From contig CP075496.1 of the NCBI GenBank assembly GCA_021613535.1, forward strand, positions 9,052,001 to 9,116,000: 64,000 bases of DNA. The letters are read 5' to 3'. The stretch is from Adineta vaga. Its lineage: Eukaryota; Animalia; Rotifera. Shown here in pieces: positions 23,328 through 32,917 of the stretch. The notes below the pieces were generated by a model. That model ran no database searches. It was not told the DNA's origin and worked only from the letters and a program-made list of their open reading frames with translations. Made by a program: the position numbers and the translations under genes. Position 1 is the stretch's first letter. Each line of letters begins with the position of its first letter.

Positions 23328-24652
23328 TTAAACTCGTGGTTTCATAACAGCTTGATATAAGGTTCTTTGTGAATGTTCAACTAATGATAAGGTCATCTGT
23401 GTACTGTTAACTTCGATCATACCAAAACCACCAAGAAGTATTCCAGTACCCCAGAAATATTTGAGTGAATCAGCAGGTACATCAGCAGCATGTTTATGAC
23501 TATTTTCGACAATATTTCCAGCACCAACAACGAAATAATCCATATGTGATCCATCTGAATCTTCTGCCAAATGCTTTAAAATAGAGATAGTACAAGTCGA
23601 AACTATTTAACTAACTCGACAAAAAACATTGATGCTTTACTTGAAGATTATGATCATGACCACAAATATAGGTAGTTGCTCGATATTGATGAAGTAAAGG
23701 ACGAAGACGATCAACCAAACATTTGGTAGGGCCATGTTCAGCAACAGAATATACTGGAAAATGACCACTAACTATCAAATATGGAGCACTAAATAAAAAT
23801 ATAGATCATATGTAACTATATTTGTGCTTATATATATACGTTGATTGACGAAGTTGTCCTTCTATCCATTGCCAATAAGCTTCAGCTACACGATTGTTTT
23901 TTGGACCATCTAATTCACTCTGTTCCCAATCAGATACATTTCCGCCACCGCAAAGTAAAACTGTATCAATCATAACAAAATCAATTAATTTCTTTGTTTT
24001 ATCACTTTCCCATAAACTGAATGTATAGAAATAATCGGGATAGACCCTATAGTGAAATGAACATGCGTAGTTAGATGATGATCACAATAGTAATATAGAA
24101 TGACTTACCATCGATGTGATACTTTGCTATATGCGATTTGTGCTGATACATTACCCAAATGATCATGATTACCAGCTAAGACATACCAAGGTGTTTGTAA
24201 TGATGCAGCTGTAAATACATCTTCAAATGTATTCTAAAGGAGAAGAAATTCAACATAGACAATCTTATACTATACTACGAAAAATAAATGTATCAATCGA
24301 ACTTTAAATCTTGGATCTGTTACTGATTGAACACCATCGTAATAGAAATTGTCACCTAATGCTAATTGAAAGCTGGTATTGAATTTGCTGCCTATATGAC
24401 CCATAGCAGCTGCTACTGCTATTTCGGATGGTGTTTTGTAGGGTGCAAATGGTAATCCACCCCAATCACCAAGAATTAAAAATCGTGTATTACCATCAGT
24501 ATTTTCTTTCGCTATCACATCGTTTCGACCTACAAATGATGATGAAACAAGAAAGTAGAATATAAGTGAACATAAACTCTACCAAAACTCGATGGAAATG
24601 CTGTTGAAAATTGGTAGAAGATGACGAGATGAAGAATAAAGATAAGAAGCAT
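23328..24652 (-). CDS. ACP5: Tartrate-resistant (purple) acid phosphatase type 5, multi-exon, secreted
   Basis: Signal [10 protein letters not shown] (ATG 24652). [45 protein letters not shown] and GAGN motifs across about 7 exons with GT-AG introns. Confidence 0.93.
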
Positions 24653-24890
24653 GTTGAAGGTGACAAAAACACGCAAATAAGCAAAATGATGATGTGAAAA
24701 GAAGCACCAGTATGATATATACACTGAGAAATTTATCTCATAAGTGAAATATATCTCTCTCTCCAGAAGAAATGAAGTTTTCTTCTTTTTTTATTTTGAT
24801 AAAAACAAGCTTCATGCGCAATGCAGATAAGAAAAACGACATACATTTGAGAATTATGTTTATCAAAAAAAACAAGGTTCTTTTTCTTTC

Positions 24891-25375
24891 TAGAAGTCAA
24901 ATTGAAAAAGTGGAGATTCTTGATCTAGTTCGTGAACATTCGATACCATACTTTCGAGTTCTTCATTTGATGCATGTTCATCAACAATTTCGAGGGTTTT
25001 TTCAGGGATAGAATTCATTCTTGAGCATCAAGAATAGTTTGAGAAGCACCATTATTTCCCGTAGGATACATAATATATGCAGTATCACCAAGTAATTTAA
25101 CACGGCCATGAGTCCATCGTGGTAGAATATCACAATCGGTCATTGATAATTCATTAATTATCATCGATGATCGAACAACCTAGTGAATAACAAGAAAATC
25201 TTCAACTCAATGAATATAGTATTCCAATCAAGTGTTCGAGTAAATTATAGATGCCGTGCATCTGGATATAGAATCATTTGTACAGTTGAATTAATTTCAT
25301 CAGCACCTCTCATGACTTTTGCTCTTTCTATGTTCTCCTTTTCATTTGTTGATGGATTGATAAAATCTACTTGAA
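24891..25375 (-). pseudogene. Decayed fragment of a bacterial-type FAD-dependent monooxygenase
   Basis: Manual translation: AKVMRGADEINSTV..ILYP (GADG motif relic), then LPRWTHGRVKLLGDTAYIMYPTGNNGASQTILDA (GD-AH-M-P-G-GA motif) and PEKTLEIVDEHA. Contains stops and large internal deletions. Confidence 0.8.
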
Positions 25376-25623
25376 TACAGTCTGAATACAATCACCTATT
25401 TCACTAAATTCATCGAGAACATGACGAAATAATAATTGTTAATAAGAACATCCGATTATATTTCAATTCATTGTTTGTTCTTCACTGTCGATAGTCATTA
25501 TCTTACTTGTAAATTTGTAGAAAACAATCGATTTAATTCGTTATTACTTAGTAATTCATTGGCAAGTACATATATAAATAATAATAATAATAATAAATTG
25601 TATCTTCAAGATGATACGATTAT

Positions 25624-26490
25624 CTATCGATGTAAATGTAAAATTTTTGTTAATTTCCTTCGAAGTTCAGATAATGATAGAATACAAATAAATGGAAAGA
25701 ATAATGTCATGAAGAAATGAAGGTACATTGCAAATTGTCGAAAATCGACAATTTTCTCTAATGGATAGCCACATATGAGCATAAAATCTACCAAAGCAAA
25801 TGGAAAAAGAAATATTAGATAGAGAAGTGATATGGATAATAACTGAATAGTCATTTTTCGTTGTTTTCGCCATTGTATGTGTTGTTGCATACGATATTTT
25901 TGCCATAGAACACGTATGAGTAATGCCATGCTAAAGAAGACAACTATAAAAATGGGCAAAACTTCATTAATTATAGTATCCAATGTTGAGAATATCAAGT
26001 TATCAAAAAGACAAGAAGCAATACATGTAAGATAGAAATAATCGCGTACATTTTGACAAGGTGGTAGGAAATAGACGATCGTATAGATAATAGAACAGTA
26101 GAGAAGTAAACAAATCGATGGAAGATAATGAATGAAAAATCGTTTTTTCTTTGTAGATATCCATCCATTATGAAAAATAAGAATATGTCGTTCAATAGTT
26201 GCCCAAGCAAAAAGAATTGTTTGTATTACATATAAACACCAATTAATAAATCCCCAAACTTGACAAAATGTGTATGATCTTTCCCATATACCATCACGAT
26301 GATAGTAATACAATGAAAATGGATAATCAGTTACTTCAGATATAAACCAATGAGTAGAATAATGATAATTACATGATTGTTAAGAGCATGTCGCATTGCT
26401 CGATCAAATAGAAGATGATAAAGAGCGAATAATGAACAAACAATCGATGGGAAAAGAAGAATAAGATAGGACCAAAATTTGACTGAATTC
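25624..26490 (-). pseudogene. 7TM GPCR with frameshift at ~26345 and damaged start (pseudogene or consensus error)
   Basis: Upstream frame reads SVKFWSYLILLFPSIVCSLFALYHLLFDRAMRHALNNHVII, then shifts to ...EVTDYPFSLYYY. WATIERHILIFH and KQRKMTIQLLSIS motifs. Confidence 0.75.
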
Positions 26491-26777
26491 TATATCATGA
26501 TTTTGTCATAATTTACTACAGACACTGTTTTAAGAATGAGATCAGTATTGTAATATTTCTATCTATAAATCTGTTGTCTCAAAGTTAATTGAAAAAGTAA
26601 GACATACTATTCTATTTATTCCATAGAGAAGAAGAATCTTTTCTTTTTATATAGATAAAACATCATCTCATAATGAAAAAGAAGACCTTCGGTACTGATA
26701 TTTATTTTTAGATTTTTATAAATGCCATTCGTTTTTATTAACAAAAAAGTTTTCTGCTGTCGCCTTTTTTTTACAAG

Positions 26778-28079
26778 TTAATCAAACAAACCAAAACCCA
26801 TATCGTCACCATCACATTCCTCTTTCAAATGAGCTTGATGATCGTATCCTTGTGCGATCAGTTTTGGATTGATAGTTGTATCTTTAAATTTTTTCTGCAT
26901 ATGTTCTGCCAATTGGAGTAATAATGAGACCATTCCTTTTTCGTCATCATATTTTTCTACATCTTTAAGTAATGTAATTTGTTTCTCAACAAGATCAATA
27001 GCATCTTGTCTACATCCATCTCTTACTAATTGAGCAATTTGTTTATCCATTTCAGCTACTTGTTGGGATGCATACATAATTTTAACGCGAGGATCGATAT
27101 CCGCAACAAGTGTTTCGTCTTCGACAAATCTTAATGATAATGTATTTTTAACACTTGTCGGTTCGCTAAGAAGATCATCTGGTTGATTGTATCGTAATTC
27201 GTAGGTCAATGTTTCAATATCAGTATTCTCTGTACCGGATATTGTAAATTCACAAAGAATCGATCGTAGGTTATTCACATAAAGATCACCAATACTTGCA
27301 CCAGCAATAAGATCATCATGTCCCCAGATTTTAGTCACAATTGCTCCATTTTTACCGCGAATCAAAAGACGAACTCGAGAAGCACATACACCAAATACAC
27401 AAACTAATGCTTTAGTAACAAGTAATTCGATGACATCAGGTGAAGCAAGAAAATAGAATCTTGCTCCACCAGAATCCGCAATACCCTTCATAATTTCACT
27501 AACAAAATCAGCACCAATACCAAATGAATCCGTTATAATACCTTTCGTATTGTATCCAGCAACGAGATTAGTTAATTCTGCGCATGTTTTCATTCCAACA
27601 TTGGCCTGTCCGTCAGAAAAGAGAAACATTCGACGTGCATATCCATCATATACATATTTCTCTAGAAGATCAGCTCCTGTTTGAAGAGCACCAGAAATAT
27701 TTGTTGAACCAGCTGTGTCAATGTTATCAACTAAAGAATACAGATATTGACGAGAAGATGCACGTGCATTTTCAAAGATGATGGTTACATCAGTATCATA
27801 GGCTACGAGATGAACAATATCATCATCATGAAGAAGATTGAGAACAGAAATAACAGCTTTTTTAGCAAATGTTAATTTATTATTTGATTCCATTGAACCA
27901 CTACGATCAAGAATAAGTACTAAATTGAGTGGTGTTCGTTTGTTTGTTTCTCCATTGCCTTTTGTTTCAATATCGAAACGAACTTTTTTTGTATTTAAAA
28001 CACCAGCAAGAGCATTTGGATTGTCTGGAATACATCGGAGTTGTACTGTAGCTAATTTAGTTTCGGTAGTCATTATCAT
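26778..28079 (-). CDS. VWA (MIDAS) domain protein, YfbK/'Ca-activated chloride channel homolog'-like, ending in ribosomal P-protein motif DDMGFGLFD
   Basis: PLNLVLILDRSGSM, GSTN, FLFSDGQANVG, FGIGADF; helical C-terminal domain; last residues EECDGDDMGFGLFD*. Intronless; first ATG 28079. Confidence 0.9.
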   Translation of the reverse strand: MIMTTETKLATVQLRCIPDNPNALAGVLNTKKVRFDIETKGNGETNKRTPLNLVLILDRSGSMESNNKLTFAKKAVISVLNLLHDDDIVHLVAYDTDVTIIFENARASSRQYLYSLVDNIDTAGSTNISGALQTGADLLEKYVYDGYARRMFLFSDGQANVGMKTCAELTNLVAGYNTKGIITDSFGIGADFVSEIMKGIADSGGARFYFLASPDVIELLVTKALVCVFGVCASRVRLLIRGKNGAIVTKIWGHDDLIAGASIGDLYVNNLRSILCEFTISGTENTDIETLTYELRYNQPDDLLSEPTSVKNTLSLRFVEDETLVADIDPRVKIMYASQQVAEMDKQIAQLVRDGCRQDAIDLVEKQITLLKDVEKYDDEKGMVSLLLQLAEHMQKKFKDTTINPKLIAQGYDHQAHLKEECDGDDMGFGLFD

Positions 28080-28348
28080 AGTTTGTATAGGCTGCAATTA
28101 TTCATAGTTATAAAAAAATAGATCAAAATACTAGGTATTAATCTTACTATCGTAACAAAAAAGGGAATTGTTATTGTTCGATGGTGAAATAAAACATACA
28201 GTGAGTGTAGAAAGAAAATACATGGTCGTTTTAAATGCGGAACACCTTTGGCGAGAACGTTGTGCAATACTCATCCTGACTCATGTTATTTCGAAATCTA
28301 AAGAAATTACAGATTATACGAGGTAGTATAAACTATAAAGTAATTTGA

Positions 28349-29010
28349 TTATGACGTCCACGATAAGTATGTCAATAGTGTTGTTTGATATCGTCTGATT
28401 ACATTTCGAAGCTCTTCTTTGTATGTTTTTGATGGTAATACAAAGACTAGAAATGTAAATATCGAGACAAGAAATAATTCTGAATCATCCATCGATTTTA
28501 TGTAACTTGAAATAAACGATAGAATCAAACGTGGTATTGTAAGAATGACTATGTTCACGAAGTTCTTTGAGAATTAGCTATCGGTACTGTTGCTTCTGTT
28601 GAATAGTTGTTCGTGGTCGAGCCATCAATACAATAATAGTAAGCGCCGATATAATATTGATCTCAAATGGTACATTTGAATAAAAATATATTGACATATG
28701 AATTCAATATTTTAAATACAGATGGATAAATAACAACATACCAGATTCGTTTTATTCATCATCAATCAGACGACAATAGAATGGATAGTGAAGAGTTGTT
28801 AGAAGGATGGCAACACAGACGAAGACAATACAATATTTAGCTATTTGTTTACTTTTTGATTTATTGAATTTGATTCCTTGAATAACAGTAATCGTACGTT
28901 CAATAGCAACATAACCATGCATCCAATGATCGATCTATAAACCTACTCGTAAGAAGAAATGAATTGTTGTACATTGAGAACGGAGAAAAACGCGAGAAGT
29001 AACATAGTTT
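28349..29010 (-). pseudogene. Degenerate C-terminal 7TM region of a GPCR
   Basis: Fragments AIERTITVIQGIKFNKSKSKQIAKY, HYPFYCRLIDDE and VILTIPRLILSFISS...FLVFVLPSKTYKEEL in shifting frames with stops. Confidence 0.65.
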
Positions 29011-30331
29011 ATTTGCACCACTCTCACTTGATCGTGCGCTGTTGAACAGAAGAATGACATTAAACTACAATAGAAATTTGTTAATAGAAAATAATATATT
29101 TATATATAGATCATAGTTATATCAAGCACACGGTCATCTAAAAATCTGAGGGACGTGTAGTGAAATAAGCACATAGCTCGAACGGTGCAAAACAGTACGA
29201 TCATCGTCGAAAAACTAAGAGATACGTTATATGCTGGCCATAGTGCTCTCTGGAAATTCCATACCATCAATTTCTAACATAATCATTATGGTAAAGAGGT
29301 CACGTTTCCTTGTGTATATATCCACAGATCCCAAATCCTATTCATACTTTTCGATTTGTTTTTGTTAATACTTTCTCAATCATATCACAAACAGTTAACA
29401 TGAGGCAGGTTAAAAATCCAGAAGAATTTTCAACTCTGATTTATCTATGCTTAATAAACTTCAAGGATTGTATGTATCATTATAAAAGGCACAGTTGCTA
29501 TCGAAGCTTTTTCACTTTTTATTGCCATAATAATTGCATATTTTCTTGTCGGAAGACACATATGACGCATCTTTGATATCTAATACGAAATATATCAAAT
29601 ACAGTATTACTATCAATATAAAGTACTAGTTGAATTAATACGATACAAAGCAGTCTCTCAATCAGTATGTTGTTTAGTAAAAAATACTGTTGGACGAAGA
29701 TAATATCAGTTCATAAGAGACAAGATATGTCATGGTTATTTGAAATGACTGAAAATACTTGATATTATGGGTCAATATGTAAAAATGTCGTACTATAATT
29801 AAATCTCTTTCAGAATCTAAATTAACATGATAGAGTTTGATAGATATTGATCTAATAAGAAAATACAATAAAAAATAGGGAGCTATTCGAGAAGATGTGA
29901 AGAAGAAAAGGAAAACTAACATAAACTTTAGCGTTGATCGATGTAAAATAATGATATGATTGACCATGCTATGTTGTAAATGTCCTAACACAATGTAAAG
30001 CAAAAATATAATTATGAAAAGATTCACGCCTTCTTTTTTTTCAAATTAATTTATTGTTTAATATAATTTGATACTATATGATCATCAAGAAACTTCATTA
30101 TTTAACAGTTCATATGATGCTACTTTTGTATTATATTGAAACATATTTGATCACAAAACATAAATATAATGTCGAACATAATATTATTCATTTATTGATA
30201 TTTAGTTTTCGTTTAGCAGTTCTTATTGTAAATGTTACACTTGTATAAGATATGACTAATCTTCTTGAATATAAAATCCTTGTAGAATTACAAAGATCAA
30301 TCCTATTTTGTTTCTTATCTATCTCTTTCAG

Positions 30332-30763
30332 ATGTATATGTATTTTCGACAATATATCTTTTTGCAATTGTTTCTTATATATTATATAGCTGGTGGATTA
30401 ACTCAAACAATAACATTTGGAACATCGGTGTCTAAATGGAAAGACAGCACATTGAAATGTAAAACTTTTGAATATCGTGTTGATGATTATCATCTTCGAA
30501 TCAAATTTCTTGAAGAAAACAAATTATTTTGGGAATATCTATCAGCTCCTTATGGACTTACAGGCAAAAATGCTACGGAACAAATTGAACGTACACAAAT
30601 TCGTACTGATATGATAATTCTTCGTTGGAAAGAAGCAGATGGTATCAATGTAATCGATGTTTTCGATTTGGATAACATGGTTATGTATGCTAATTTTGTC
30701 ACTATTGATGGAGAACGAATTTCTGCTCAAGGAAACTTGATGGAAGTGAAAAGTGATTGCTAA
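30332..30763 (+). CDS. Secreted MoaF-N/phenolic-acid-decarboxylase-like lipocalin beta-barrel protein
   Basis: Signal peptide, then KTFEY....Y...I.F.EENKL.WE.......G....E......IR.D.I...WKEADG..V..V.DL.....ANF, the pattern of bacterial MoaF N-terminal-like proteins. Confidence 0.65.
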   Translation: MYMYFRQYIFLQLFLIYYIAGGLTQTITFGTSVSKWKDSTLKCKTFEYRVDDYHLRIKFLEENKLFWEYLSAPYGLTGKNATEQIERTQIRTDMIILRWKEADGINVIDVFDLDNMVMYANFVTIDGERISAQGNLMEVKSDC

Positions 30764-30850
30764 GAGATAAATACAATCGAATATTTTCCTTTTTTTCTGC
30801 TATTATTTATTATTAACATAATTTTATTCGAAATAATGTCAGTAAAATTA

Positions 30851-31766
30851 TCATTCAGAAGAAATCTGTTGATGGTTTTTGAATGATAACCAATTTTGTA
30901 GATGCTTTCGATCACACATTTTTTTCATATGGGGTGAAAGAAAGGGTAGAAAAACTGACGTTATAATCAAAGCTATTATAGTTAAAACCCATTCCAATGA
31001 AACGAGCCATACTGGAAGAGCTCCATAAATCATATATATAATTGGGAAAAGTGCGTGTGGTATAGCACTTGATGATAGAACTGCCAATAAGGTAATTATA
31101 CGTTTTAAAATAACCATATCACGACGCATTCGAACTCGTTGTTTTACTGTAATAACAATAATTGAATTATGTTTACGAATATAATATATAGTATAGAAAT
31201 AACAACATGCCATAATACTAAATGGAAAAAGATAACCAATTAAACAAACAGTTAATGATCCACGCATATTTGTTGGTGAAAATTGACAATGCAGATCATA
31301 TGCTGAATATTGAATATCACCAATCAATAAACTTGGTAATAATTCCAAAGCAGATAATATCCATAGACAGACGGAAACAATGACATAGACATAAATTGGT
31401 TGACGATTCATTTGCAAGGGATATAGAATTCGACATATACGATAGATCGCTTGTAATGAAAACGAATGAAAAAATGCGTAACCACAAATATAGAGAACAT
31501 AGGCTTTTATACGGCATAACCAAGTATTGAATATAGTACGCGGATAAAAGTATCCGTAGATATAATGAACACTCATATCAATAAAAACAGCTGATAATAA
31601 ACATAGTTATGTAAATATTTGTAAGAAGTAAACAATCAATACAATTAGCCTTGATAGATGCGATGAGCAATCATAATGAGGAAAATTAAAATGATGAAGC
31701 AGATTTGAATCGATGAGAAAAACAAAAGAATTGAATAGAAAATAAGATTTATATTTTGTCGAAACA
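30851..31766 (-). pseudogene. 7TM GPCR with two frameshifts in the 5' region (~31585, ~31650)
   Basis: ORF 30851-31576 has LQAIYRICRILYP and RRDMVILKRI. Upstream TM1/TM2 (MFRQNINLIFYS..., LLLTNIYITM) lie in other frames. Confidence 0.7.
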
Positions 31767-32917
31767 TTATGAATCAATATGTACTTGTTTGCTTTGAATA
31801 GATCGAAAATAATCTATATATCCAGTTGAATTTTTATCAACGTATAACTAAAAGTTTGATAATGAAGTAAAATAATCAGAGATCTGAAAATATAAGTATT
31901 AATATTCATATAAGATTATAAATGAAAAAAGATTATGTTTCCTTCTGACTCTACCTGCATAGTTGATAGTTATATTACCGACTTTCCCATGATAATCATG
32001 TATGAGGAAATTAACTAATATGATTTAAATCTGTATTTAGTGATGGCGAATAAAAGTGCTAGTTGTGGAAAGAATGTTGATATCATTAGTTTTAAACTCA
32101 GCGCTTTCATAAACAATTCCTTCGAGATTTTTTTTATCATAATCCATCATCAATGTTTTTCTAGTTTTTTTACATGTTCTGACGTTTTAGATCTTTTATA
32201 TAAAGCAATCTAATAAATTGAGCGTATAAAATGATTTATTATACACAATCTTAACCACGAACTGGAGGTATGAATCGATGACATTATTTTATGTGAAAAA
32301 TATAGTCAGAGTAATCAACAAATTGTTTTTATAAAATAAGAAGTATAAGTTGCTTTGGACGTTACTTACATAGAAAATGTCATGTCTATCTTTTGTATGA
32401 AAAATGAGACGCAATTTGTATAGATTTAGTTATTAGACGTAAACGAAAAGAAAGATTTTGCAGAACACGTAAATAAAATATAATGAGAAAATGACATGTT
32501 TTCATCGACGAGAGAAATTCTGTTTTTCAAAGCAGTCGAGTATAAATTTAGAATTGAAAATATGATCGTATTTCTTTTCTTTCCTTTCACACATGATACC
32601 ACCATACAAACTCAAAACTTGGTCATATGAACCAGTTGTTTTTTTGTTAATTATGTTAATAGAGTTGTTTCTCGAAAAGAAAAAGAAAAGTAAATAAATA
32701 ATTAACTACATATACCACCTTGTAAAGATTAGAAACATGAAGATATTGTAAAAAAATGAAATATTCACTATATTGACTTTTCTTTATTCTAAAAGCTTTC
32801 ATATACGTTATCTATAACATTATCAAATTATAGCAACTGATTAAAATGTTGTTTTTATTTAAAAAAAAGACCTTTTTTTCATTTATCTAAATTCTTGTTG
32901 CATATTCTTCGATTCAT

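Noticed and set aside
25578-25596. (AAT)n tract
   Set aside because: Short ordinary microsatellite in AT-rich DNA.
29200-30030. Possible further GPCR or other gene relic (ORFs 29310-29576, 29674-30027)
   Set aside because: Only weak hydrophobic fragments; cannot be supported.
14960-30763. A molybdenum-cofactor gene cluster (MoCo carrier + MoaF-like)
   Set aside because: The genes are 15 kb apart, both family names are weak functional labels, and no Moco biosynthesis genes are present.
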